From NCBI RefSeq assembly GCF_963921235.1, contig NC_086108.1:23498001-23562000 (forward strand): 64,000 bases of DNA, written 5' to 3'. A program made the translations under genes and the position numbers. This DNA is from Mobula hypostoma (Eukaryota). This document shows positions 38,990 through 51,402 of this stretch, in pieces; the first letter of the stretch is position 1; each line of letters starts with the position of its first letter. The notes beneath the pieces were generated by a model. It did not search any database, was not told where the DNA came from, and saw only the letters and a program-made list of their open reading frames with translations.

Positions 38990-40145
38990 CACTGTCCCAC
39001 CCAACTGGTGTGAGTGTTCAAGGATGTTTTCAATCTTGTACTGCCGCAGGCAGAGGTTCTCACCTGCTTCAGAGAGGTGATGATCGTACCAGTGCCCAAG
39101 AAGAGCGGGCTGAGTTGGCTCAGTGACTATTGCCCAGCTGCACTCCCATCTACTGTGATGATTTGCTTTGATAGGTTGGTCATGGCCAGAATCAACTCTT
39201 GCCAAAACAAAGAACTGGACCCACTGCAGCTTGCCTGTTGCCATAATAGGCCTACACCAGATGCAATCTCAGTGGCTTTCCATTCCGCCTTGGATCACCG
39301 GCACTATAGCAATACCTATGTCAGACTTCCGTTTATTGACTACAGCTCAGTGCTCAACACCATCATACACTCATTACTAATCAACACAATCCAAAACCTG
39401 GACCTCTGTACCTTCCCCTGCAACTGGATCCTTTACTTCCTCATCAGGATACCGCAGTCAGTGCAAGTATACAGGAGTGCAATATGTCAGCTGGTTGAGT
39501 GGTGTTGCAACAACCACTTTGCACTCAAAGTTAGCAAGACCAAGGAATTGATTGTAGATTTCCGGAAGGGGAAGCTGAGGAACACACACCAGTCCTCATC
39601 AAGGGATCAGCAGTGGAAAGGGTGAGCAGTTTCAAGATCTTGGGTGTTGGAAGATCTATCCTGGGCCCAACATTAATGCAATTATAAAGCTGGCATGACA
39701 GGGGCTACATTTTGTAGAAGTTTAAGGAGATTTTGTCTGTCACTGTTAACTGTAGCAAATTACTGTGGAGAGCATTCTAATTGGTTGCATCGCTGCCTGG
39801 AATGGAGGAGCCACTGCACAGGATCAGTAAAAGCTGCATAAAGTTACAAACTCAGCCAGCTTCATCATGGGCACCAGCCTCCCCAGCACTGAGCTCAGAC
39901 ATTTCAAAAGGTGATATTAATCATTAAGGACCTTGAAGACACACACTCAACTTTTCAGGAACTGCTTCTACATCTCCGCCATCAGATTTCCGAACAGACA
40001 ATGAGCCCATGTACACTACCTCACTACTTTTTTTCCTGCTCTTTTAGCACTGTTTATAGTTTTTTTGATTATGCATTGTACTGTACTGCTGCCACACAAC
40101 TCAAATTTCACAACATATGCTGGTGATATTAAACCTGATTCTGTC
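38990..40145 (+). mobile_element. Rex1/Babar LINE, internally deleted
   Basis: ORF 39014-39625 has IVPVPKK..LSDYCPAAL..CFDRLV, FIDYSSVLNTI and SKTKELIVDFRK; tail gatattaaacctgattctg. Confidence 0.88.
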
Positions 40146-40839
40146 TAAATAGCACTGTAACTTAAGGCACTCAAGGTGAGCTACTGGATTGCTGCTGCTA
40201 ACAGTAGCACCTATTAAATGAAGCAGGGAAATCAGAGTGAAGTTAAATCCCGGCCCTGGATAGAAATTTTCGTTTGGTTAGAGCTTTCTCTGCCAATCAG
40301 TTTGGAGGCTCCAACTTTATAAACCCCAAGGATTGTCCAACGAATTTATGTGGGTGAAACAAGGGTGAACACTTTACAAAGATTATACTATAGACCTCCC
40401 AGTACTTAACAGGAATTAAAAGAATTAACATGGAGGTTCAAATTTATTGCCATGGACATACGAGTCCAGGGTACAAATGCCGTGAAAATTAGCTTTTTGC
40501 AGCAAAACACAGTACACTCCAAACATAATTACATGAATGCAAGTTGGGAAATATATGGAGAGTGATACACACTGTAGGAGGGAAGGGCTAGATTGATTGT
40601 GGATCAGTTTAAATGGGTCACCACAATACTGTGCTGTACTGCTCTATATTCTATAGCCTGAGACAGAATTAGTGTGTTATAGTTTGATTCAAGAGTTTAA
40701 TGGCAGTGGGGAATAAGCTATTGTTCACCTTGTAGTGTGGGTCTTTAGGCTCCTGTATTTCCTGCCCAGGAAATTCACTTTCTACTCAAGTACTGCACCA
40801 TTCAAATGAGGTTGCCCAAGCCTTTAGACAAAATCAAGA

Positions 40840-42790
40840 TACAACCTTTGTCAAGCTATCAATGATGTCAAGAGGCAGTACCAGTCCAAAATCAAGTCCC
40901 AGAACAGATGTCAACTGTGGCAGAACTTGCATGCTATATCAAGATACAAAACAACATGGGGCAGCAACACTGAGAACATCGCATCCCTTCCCAATGAGCT
41001 TAATACATTCCAAGCATGTTTTAAACAGAAAGGAGTTGGAATGTCTCCATCTACTTTGACAGCCTTTAATGCACCTGAACCCATAGTCACAATTGTGGGT
41101 ATAATTCAAGTTATCCAGATAGTGCATCTGCAGAAAGTACCTGACTTGGACGATTTCCTTGGCAGTGTCCTTAGATCCTGTACGGATCAGCTGGAGGGAG
41201 TATTTACAGACATTGTTAATCTCCCCCGTTTCAAACTGAGTTTCACGCACACTTTAAGTAGAGCACTGTCATTCAGTGCCTAAGAAAAACAAGGTAACGT
41301 GCCTTAAAGGCACACATCAACTTCAGCCAACCGTGACTCAGTGCAGTTTGCTACCGCTGAAACAGTTTATTGGTAGACACCATCTCCCCAGCTCTACACT
41401 GTTCTCTGGAGTATCTGGACAGTAAAGGCAACTACACAGATGATTGACTATAGCTCTGCCTTGAATGCTATAATTCCAAGCAAACATCTCCAAATTCCTA
41501 GACTGGAGGCTCAACACCTTCCTTCGTAACAGGATGCACAACCCTGCCCGACAGGCCACCATCATTTAGGATAGGCTGCAACACCACCACCATGATTATT
41601 CTCAGCTCTGGTGCCCCTCAAGGCCATGTCCTTCGCCCCCTACTCTACTCCCTGTACACTCACAACTGCATGACCAGGATTTGTTCCAACTCCTTCTACA
41701 CGTTTGCAGTTGATAATACCATAGTGGGCCATATCTCTAGTTATTATGAGTCAGATTACAGGAAGAAGAGAGAGATTCTACTTAATATGGTATCATGACA
41801 TTAACCTTTCCCTCAATGTCAGCAAAACACTTCAGGAAGCGGGACAGTGCACAGCATCATATTGCCTGAGTGAACATTGTCTATAGCCTGTCCTATTCCA
41901 ACCACGTACTGTAGATGCCACAGTCAAGAGAGCTTACCAGCACCATCTCCTCAGGAGACGAAAGAAATTTGGCATGTCCCTTTCAACCCTCATCAAATTT
42001 TATCAATGCAGTATAGATAGTTCGAGGCTTGGCTGAGGCAGTGTGTGTGTCCTTGAGCAAGGCACTTTACCGCACATTGCTCTGCGACGACACCGGTGCC
42101 AAGCTGTAGGGTCCTAATGCCCTTCCCTTGGACAACATCGGTGGTGTGGAGAGGGGAGACTTGCAGCATGGGCAACTGCTGGTCTTCCATACAACCTTGC
42201 CCAGCCCTGCACCCTGGAAACTTTCCAAGGTGCAAATCCATGGTCTCATGAGACTAACGGATGCCTATAGTATAGATAGCATGCTGACCTCATACATAGT
42301 GGTTTGGTATGGCAACTACACTAACCATGACTGCAAGGAACTGCAGAGAGCGGTGGGCGTGACTCAGTACGTCACAGAAACCAGCCTCTCCTCCATTGTC
42401 CCTGTGTACACATCTCACTGCCTCACTAAAACAGTCCTGCTCATTAAAGATCCCACCCACCCTGGAAATTCTCTCTTCTACCCCTTCCCATCAGGCAGAA
42501 AATACCAAAGCCTGAAAGCACGTACCATGAAGTTCAAAGACAGCTTCTATCCTGATTTTATAAGAACATTGAACAGTTTCTTAGTATGATAAGAATGCAT
42601 TCTTGACCTCACAACTTGCCTGGTATTATGATGTTGCACCCCATTGTTTACCTGCACTGCATTTTCTCTGTATATTGTTATTGTTTTATCTGTACTACTT
42701 CAATGAACTGTTATAATGAATTGATCCATATGAACAGTATAAAAGGCAAATTTTTCACTTAATATGGTACATGAGATAATAATAAAAAAC
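40840..42790 (+). mobile_element. Degenerate Rex1/Babar LINE containing a SINE insertion
   Basis: SLPNELNTF, GAPQGHVLRPLLYSLYTHNC..FAVDNTIVG and WYGN..IKDPTHPGNSLFYPFPSGRKY motifs. Confidence 0.85.
42021..42268 (+). mobile_element. 5'-truncated SINE with CORE-like segment and perfect 11-bp TSD
   Basis: TSD AGTATAGATAG at 42010-42020 and 42269-42279. It starts at a B-box-like (g)ttcga and contains gtgtccttgagcaaggcactttacc. Confidence 0.85.
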
Positions 42791-43648
42791 CAGTTTATCA
42801 ACTTAATTAACATAATAACAAATAAGAATTAAAGGTCATACTTGCCAAGTGTTTTCCCAAGTGGCTAGGTGTTGGCTGTAGATGTTGTTTGTATAATCAA
42901 TGAATATAGGACACCAAGTCCTGTTATCTGCTTGCTGGCCATCCACACATCACTGTGTGTGGGGTTAATTTGGGAGAAGGGGAAGAACAGAGGTAGGCTG
43001 ACATATCAGATGAAACTTGCATAGAAGTTGCAAGTCATGGAAGGGGTTGGCTACTGAATAGCATTGGAGGAATCTGTGATTTTCTCATTACCTATGGGAA
43101 GTTCATGAAAAACAAGGGGAAAAACTCAAGTCACTGCACATCTTCTGATCACTCAACAGGGAAGAGTGTTTCATTGGTAATCAGGGAGGGAAACATTTCA
43201 CTGGAGATGTGCTCTGATAAAGTGCATTTCAGTTTTACATGAACCAAATGTTACACAGGTTCATCAGAAAGATTCTAGTGCTAAAAGGATTAAACTATGA
43301 AAAATTATTGCAAGCTTCCACCCATTGATCTCCCTAGTGCTTGAGTGTCTACACGTCTAGCCCCTTGCAATTGATGCTTACTAGAACTAAGCCGGCAAAT
43401 TATTAGGAGGGTTAAGACTACAAGGAAGTAGTTTTGAAAGTGACTCAGCTAGCTTATAATATCAGGGAGCAAACTTGAAATTATGGGGAAAGAACAGTTT
43501 ATGCAGAAGTTGGGAAAATAAAACAGGAGCTGATATGTTTAAAAAGTAGAGTAAAGATTTGAGGTGGGAGATGTTATTACATAGGGGTGATCAATAGGGA
43601 GAGAGGCCTCGATGATGTAGCCTTTACATTTTTATACATTCCTATACA

Positions 43649-44120
43649 TTCAGAGATTGAGGAGGTTTACCAGGATGCTTCCTGGATTAGAGGACACGTC
43701 ATGAGAGACATTGAGCGAGCTAGGGCTTTTCGCTTTGGAGCGAAGGAGGTTGAGAGGTGACTTGATAGAGGTATATAAGATGATAAAAGGCATAGATAAA
43801 GTGGAAGCCAGCACTATTTCCCCAGGGCGGCAATGGCTAATACAGTAGAAGGTGATTGGAGAAAAGTATAGAGCTGATGTCAGAGGCTTTTTTCCCCACA
43901 CCCAGTGGTGGGTGCACAGACTGCACTGCCAAGAATGGTGGTAGAGGCAGATAATAAGAAGGACATTTAAGTGACTCATAGATAGGCACAGAAATGTAAG
44001 AAAAATGGAGGGCCAGGTTGGTGAGAAGGGTTAGATTGATCTTGGAGTAGGTTAAAAGTTTGGAACAACACTGTGGGCCAAAGGCCTGTACTGTGCTGTA
44101 CTGTTCTCTGTTGTATGTTG
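43649..44120 (+). mobile_element. CR1 LINE 3' fragment
   Basis: [42 protein letters not shown]; tail gggccaaaggcctgtactgtgctgtactgttct. Confidence 0.9.
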
Positions 44121-45786
44121 TATGCATAAATAAATACTTTCATATTGTCAAACAGTCTCTATGATAATAAATCACTCTGAGTTACAGGCACATTCCCACA
44201 GTGCAGTATTCTGTTACAGCTACTCATCTTGGGTGTTTATGTTGCATATGTTTAGTTTCTCAGAATTTCAAATTGCACATTTAAGATTGATAAGATAGTC
44301 ACACTGTTTAAAATATTCCTGGAGGAAAGTAGCCCATATCCAGAAACTGCCCGCTCATTTGTAAAGTTTATGATCTTTTTAAAAATAAAAGTCACTTTTG
44401 AGTCATGAACAGACAGTAAGTTAAGGGGACTTGAGTACAAAGATGATTTTGCAAGTTGCATATAGAAATTCCATGGGTATTACGAATAACAATTCTGTCT
44501 GGTACCCTAAAAATTCAACTGTATGTTAATCTTCTCATGCATGTGTTATAGTCATCCAAGAGACCCCTATGGTCCAAGAGCAGGAGGAAACGTCTTCCCA
44601 AACTACTTGGTAATTTATTCTGTTGCGTCTGTCTGGTTCATGTTGCTTCACAATCTTTCCATCTTTTTCAAAGCTCCCTTAATAAGATTCAAAGGTGCCC
44701 TCTCAACCTTGCTTGTCTCACTATTGTGTTGGCTCCAATCATAAATTCACCCTGCTGCAGTTGTCTGCATGAACCACATTGTATTCCATTTTGTTACCAA
44801 GCTTATTCATCTACAAAGCTTCGTTGATATAATTCTGCCGAAGTTACTCTCTATGAAATTCCATCCTGTCCCCCCTTTGTTCTTTTTCCTCATCCTGATT
44901 CCACTTGTGTGGATAATGGTTCTCCCTCAAGTACTGACCCTTTAATGTAAAATTCCTGTTTTTAAATCCCACTGAAGACAGCTTTGTTAGGATAGAGTAG
45001 CGTCCTATTTCAAAACTCCCATTTCTCTGCAGAAGTCATTGAATATTCACCCATTCTCACGGCTACCTTTCACATTAGGTTTCCACCTTTCTCCAGTATT
45101 AAAAAAAAGTTACCCTCCCACCACCCTTTATATTTCTCAAGTACATCCACAAGGTTAACCTCCACAACCACACTGATCCTCATCTCTATCCATCTACTTT
45201 ATGCATTCTCAGAATATTCATTTTCCCTAGCAAAACCCAGTGACGCTCTGCATTACAAACACATTTAACTTCTGCCTCTAATATCACCACCTCCAACGGC
45301 ACTTAAAAAAAATGGCCAGGCTTTCACAGCTCTCTCCCAGCCAGTTTTCCGACTTTTATCAAACACGAGATTATCCAAAACTTTATGTTTCCCTATTTTG
45401 TCAGACTCAAACAGTTCAAACTCCGAAGTACTTCCAATGGGTTAAGTCTCTCATTCTCACAACACCCGTACTTTTCTAGACCTTCTATAACTGATCTTTT
45501 CCCTCCAGTAACAACTGCTCTATTTATTCTCCCTGAAACTTTTGTTTTTAACAATCCCCCTTTAAAGGCAGTTATTTCCCCAGATGTATTCATCCTTACT
45601 GATGACTCATTTTGCATTAATTTGCTCAAATATGCCTTGGCGATGAGACTTTTATTTGCCTACATTTAATTGTATTTGTTGCAGTAACTTCAGTTAAGTA
45701 CTTTCAGCAGGACAGAAACTGCTAAGTAAGTTTGGTCAGATTACATAGCTTACAGTTTAGCTGAGGCATACGAAAATGGACAGATG

Positions 45787-46045
45787 AAACATAGAAACAT
45801 AGAAAACCTACAGCACCATACAGGCTCTTTGGCCCACAAAGCTGTGCCGAACATATCCTTACGTTAGAACTACCTAGGCTTACCCATAGCCCTCTATTTT
45901 TCTAAGCTCCATGTATCCATCCAGTAGTCTCTGAAAAGACCCTATAGTTATTGCCACCAACCCATTCCACGTACTCACCACTCCTTGCATAAAAAAACTT
46001 GCCCCTGACATCTCTGTACCCATTTCCAAGCACCTTAAAACTATG
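45787..46045 (-). mobile_element. CR1 3' fragment, same subfamily as 2087-2628
   Basis: aaacatagaaacatagaaaacctacagcac...ctaggcttacccatagccctctatttttctaagctc, closely similar to 2095-2360. Confidence 0.9.
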
Positions 46046-46496
46046 CTAGATGAGATATTAGCTGATGGAGGTGAACTAAACCATAGCTGCTTCTTGCATG
46101 CAGCTCAAAATAACTCCCTGTAGAATTCCTTTCTTATGAAATGGATAGAAAAAGTAGAATGGGATATTTTGCTATGTTTTACAATGAACAAAAAAATGGC
46201 AATCAAGGAAAAAAAACTAGATATAACCATCCAACCTATCTTATAAAACGATGTAGAAACTAAGAAGATTGCGAATCGTGTTGGCTCACTCCTGTTTTCT
46301 TTTTTTATAACAATGTATTCTCTTTGGAGAGGTGAAACATCAGCTAATTCCTATCTTCAGGAGAAACTGGACGTTGAAATTGTAGAATTCCTTTTGGAAT
46401 CCCTTAGACAATCAAGATCGGCCCAGCTGATTATGGTACAAGATGCACAAATATCCCGTACCACGTCTCCCTGGACAGTAAAGCATTTGCCAAAAG

Positions 46497-47850
46497 CTTC
46501 AAACTTTAAATTAAATTTATTATCAAAAGTACATGTATGCAGCTATAAAGAAGGCAAGACAGTGACTATTCTTCATTAAGAGTTTGAAGAGACTTGGTAT
46601 GTCAACAAAAATACTCAAAAACCTCTATAGATCTACCTTGGAGAGTATTCTGACAAGCTTCATCACTGTCTGATGGGGGGGGGGAGGGGGAGGCTACTGC
46701 ACAGTACTGAAAGAAGCTGCAGAGGGTCGTAAATTTAGTCGGCTCCATCTTGGGTACTAGCCTACAAAGTACCCAGGACATCTTCAAGGAGCTGTGTCTC
46801 AGAAAGGCAGCGTCCATTATTAAGGACGCCTGGCATCCAGGGCAGGCATGCCCTTTTCTCACTACTACTATCAGGTGGGAGGTATAGAAGCCTGAAGGCA
46901 CACACTCAGTGATTCAGGAACAGCTTCTTCCCCTCTGCCATCTGATTCTTAAATAGACATCGAATCTTTGGACACTACCTCACCTTTTAATATATATTAT
47001 TTCTGTTTTTGCACGATTTTTAATCTATTCATTATATGTATACTGTAATTGATAGATTAATTGATTTATTTTCTTCTATATTATGTATTGCATTGAACTG
47101 CTACCGCTAAATTAACAAATTTCATGACACATGCCGGTGATAATAAACCTGATTCTGACTCTGGTGTCACATTTACAACCTTGAGATTTGTGTTCTTGCG
47201 GGCAATACATAGCAAATTCAACAACCATGATAGAATCAATGAAAGACCACACCCAAATGGACAGACTACAATGAAAAATAAAATTAAAAAAAAGACAATA
47301 AATAAATAAGCAATAACTATTGAGAACATGAGATGAAGAATCCTTGAACATGAGTCCAAAGGTTGTGGGAACAGTTCAGTGATGGGGCATGTGAAGTTGA
47401 GTAAAGTTGTTGGACTGGTTCAAGAGCCTGATGGTTGAGGAATAATAACTGTTCCAGAATCTGGTGACCTGCATCCTGAGGCTCATGTATCTTCTTCCTA
47501 TTGACAGCAGCAAGAAGAGAGCGTGACCTTGGTGGTGGGGGTCTCTGATGATGGATGCTGCTTTTATGTGACAGCACTCCAGGTAGATTTACTCAATGGT
47601 AGGGAGGCCTTTACCCGTGATGGACTGGGCTGTATTCAGTACTTTTTGGGATTTTCTGTTCAAGGGTGTTGTTGTTTCTGAACCAGGCCATGATACAACC
47701 AGTCAATATACTCTCCGCTACACATCTATAGAAGTTTGTCAAAGTTTTAGATGCCATGACAAATATTTGTGAACTTGCAAGGAACTAAAGGCACTGCTGC
47801 ACTTTCTTCATATTGCACTTACATGCTGAGCCTAGGACAGGTCCTCAGAG
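46497..47850 (-). mobile_element. Rex1/Babar 3' fragment interrupted by an oppositely oriented Rex1 at 46540-47163
   Basis: Tail aaatttattatcaaaagtacatgtatg stops at about 46539 and resumes tgtcacatttacaaccttgag at 47164; coding remnant at about 47420-47800. Confidence 0.8.
46540..47163 (+). mobile_element. Rex1/Babar 3' fragment (nested)
   Basis: KKARQ.LFFIKSLKRLGMS.KIL..LYRSTLESILT..; CLRKAASIIKD; tail aataaacctgattctgactctg. Confidence 0.85.
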
Positions 47851-47969
47851 ATGGTCATACCAAGGATTGTGGGAAACTATTCACAAGCCCACTTCACTCG
47901 GGGGCGGGGGGAGGGGTAGTAAATAAAATCTGCCTCAGCAAGTTCTGCTCTTTCTTAACTTGCAATGAG

Positions 47970-48280
47970 CCAGCACAGTGACACAGCATATAGAGTTGCT
48001 GTGCCACAGCTCCCGTATCCAGGTTCAGCCCTCACCAGATGGTTCTGTCAGTGTGAAATATGAACATTCTCCCTCTGATCTCATGGTTTGCTTCCACATC
48101 CCAACAATGTGGTTTAGCAGGTTAATTGGCCAGTGTAAAATTGCCCATATTGTCAGTAGGTGATGGAATCTAGATTTAGTTGATGGGAATATGGAGAGAA
48201 TAAAATGCTATTAATGTAAATGGATGCCTGATGCTTGAGTTAAAAGACCTGTTTACACACTGCCCTATTCTATTTATATC
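47970..48280 (+). mobile_element. tRNA-headed V-SINE-like element
   Basis: gcacagtgacacagc..agagttgctgtgccacagctcc..ccaggttcagcc head and gcaggttaattggccagtgtaaaattgccc body. Confidence 0.65.
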
Positions 48281-49669
48281 TAATACCATCTATTTGAAAT
48301 GGATAGCTGTTGGTGTTTCAATCAACTCCAGGAGCATTAAGCCAGTTTATGAATCCTAACTTTTTCCTGAATTTTGGGGATGGGTAGGGATGGTGCTGTT
48401 AGGAAAACAAGAGAGGGATTTTAATGAAAGTGAATCTCCAGGGTTGTATATAGTGACATACATGTACTTTGATAGTAAATTTACTTTGAACTTTGAAAAT
48501 GGATCAAAGGAAAGGTAGGGATAGAAGTAGATGGTATTTCTCAGATGAAACATTCTGAATACAATGAAACAATCAGGCAAAACTTCACAGCTGGTGGCTT
48601 GCAGCAGATTGCTCCAGTTTTGCTGACAGATATTTGGAAAAAGATTTGGCTCATTTTGGGTTTGAATATTTTAAGGAAAACTTCAAATGCCTGCTTTACT
48701 CCACTTACCCAAGCTAAATCTTTTGTAGGCTGTAAGTATCTGAACCTTCAGAAGAGTTCAAAATGAAAATCCAAAATGATGTTTCTTGTACCCAGAACCA
48801 AGCATATTTTGTAATTAAGTTAATTTCTATGATTTGTAACAACACTTCCATTGCTATATGAAGCATCTCAGGTCCTTTGGCTCTGCACAAGTTTTGTTTC
48901 TACTTATCCTGTTACCAAGCCATGTCAATAACTCTTCTTTGAGAATAGGTATGACCTTGAAACAGCATTCCATCACTTATTCAATTGTTTCATTTGAGAA
49001 TAGATTCGACTTCACAGCCCAAGTTCTCACTCTGTGGACTAATTTAGCTTTAGCTTGGCCAGAGACGATACGAAATGCTCAGTGTAAAATGGCAGCACTA
49101 CAAAGTAAATGAAATGCTGTTCCTTTCTGTATGGTACAGGAGGGCAAATGGTTCCAGAACTAAACATTTGATGGTGCTGTCCATTAGAAATCTGAGGATT
49201 ATTTCACTTTGCCTTTCTCTCCTTCCCGGAAACATGGTAGCGTTTCTTCTTTTCACTCCAGACCCCTACCCATGCACTGAACAAATCATCAACTGCCATT
49301 TCGGACACAGGCATTGGTAATATAAAGGATCATATAAATTTTCTAATAGGTGACTCAGAGGATCCCACTTGGCATATCACATCCAGGCTGAGTACAGCAC
49401 AATTGATACCATGTCCAGCTCTTGGTCTGGCCCCTTGTAGGTTACTGTATATCCTGCTCCATTCCCCACTTCCAATGGACCCTCAAAAACACAGCAGCTG
49501 ACTTTTCCCTCTTTTAATTTAACATGCTGTATCTGCTTTCCACAATACAACCTTCCTAACATGGGATACCACTGCAGATCAGATGATCACTTAGATCAGG
49601 TGGCAAGTACAATCTGGTCAGTTTACTTAATTATCCTATTGTCATATCAACACCCTTGCACTCACTGTT

Positions 49670-50360
49670 GGTAAGACCAAGGAATAGATTGTGGACTTCA
49701 GGAAGGGGAAGTTGAGGGAACACAGAGCAGTCCTCATTGAAAGATCAGCAGAGCAAAGGATGAGCAGTTTCATGTTCCTGGGTATCAAATCCTCTGAACA
49801 TGTATCCTGGGCCCAACATAGACACGCCAGTAGTTATATTTCATGTGGAGTCTGAGGAGATTTAGTATGTCACCAAAGACTTTAGCAATTTTCTATAGAT
49901 GTATCATGGAGAACATTCTAACTGGTCCCATCACCGTTTAGAATAGATCACTGCACAGGATTGGAAAATGCAGCAGAGGCTCGTAAACCAACCCAGCTCC
50001 ATCATGAACGCTAGCCTCAGCACCAATGAGGACATCTTCAAAAGGTGATGTCTCAAAAGGGCAGCATCCAGCATGCAGGACATGCCTTCTTTTCTTTACT
50101 AGCATCATGCAGGAAGTACAGGAGCCTGAAGACACACACTCAAGCATTTTAGGAAGAGATCCTTCCCTCTGCTATCAGATTTCTGAATGAACCATGAAAC
50201 CATGAACACTGCCTTGCTACTTTTGCTCTGTTTTAACACTACTAATTTATTTTTTTATATATTTCCTATTGTAATTTATAGAATATTTGATGTATTGCAA
50301 AACAAAAACATTCATGGCATACAGTATGAAAGTGATAAACAGCCTGCTTCTAATTCAGCC
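49670..50360 (+). mobile_element. Degenerate Rex1/Babar 3' fragment
   Basis: gtaagaccaaggaatagattgtggacttcaggaagggg (SKTKELIVDFRK) onward; colinear with 39530-40145. Confidence 0.75.
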
Positions 50361-51402
50361 ACACTGATCTTCCTGTCTCCTGCAAAGCTCAGTGCAAACT
50401 TAAAGCATCGTTTAGCCTCTTGACATTACTGAGTTCAACAATTTCCCATCAACACCTCACCTGGATCTAAAAGTGAACTGAAGCATTAACTCTTTCACAG
50501 TTGCTACCTGGCCTGTTGAGCATGTCCAACATTTTTTGTTTTAATTTAGATTCCCAGCATTTGCATTGGTTTTGATTGTCTTCCTGTCCCATAATCATCC
50601 ATTTTTGCCTTTTATATTTTTTTGTCTTTCATAGAAGCAGATCTCTTTCCCTCCTTTTCCCTTTCCTCATTTCTTGTAGCATAAAACCTTTGTTATTTAT
50701 TCTGTCAGCAGTTTTGACAAAAGATCAACAGCATAAAATGTTCATAGTTTATCTCTCCACAAATGCTGCCTCACCTGTTCAATATTTCCAACATTCTGTG
50801 ATGTAATTTCAGGTTTACAATACATGGGGCTTTACATCTGCATCATTTAAAATTATTGTGTCATTAAAAGAATATTTACACTTGTCTGTGATGAGTTTAA
50901 ATAATCAATTAATATGAAGCTTTATTGAGAGTTTTAAGGGAAGACTTTTTCTCTATATGGCAAATATAGAGAAGGAACTTATGCTATTTGAAGCATCTCC
51001 CCCTGCCCAGTCTGATCTTTATACTCAAAGTGCCATGCACACATCACATGCCATTGATTCTTCAGCAGGTTCCAACCCTACATTTGCCTGTGTAGACTGC
51101 CATAGAATACATTCCATTCCTTGATATAAAAACCATGTTTGCATAGAATGTCAACATTTAGCCTGCACTTAGAGAACCCTGTTTCATGTTTTGAAAAATT
51201 CTGAAAAAAAAACTGCTCTTTTATATTTCCTGGCTTCAGTCCTGTGGTTCATCTGCAGTAGCTAAAAACATTCCCCCAGTAGTAAGGCTATTAATACCTT
51301 CACCCACTAACTCCACCACATTAGTCACCTTATGTGCAGCCCAGTGTCACTTTATGGATATACAATCATCACTCTTTGTGTGTATACAAACTATCTTATG
51401 TA

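Noticed and set aside
46675..46693. G-rich run as a possible G-quadruplex
   Set aside because: It is a slippage-expanded G tract inside a Rex1 remnant, with no sign of function.
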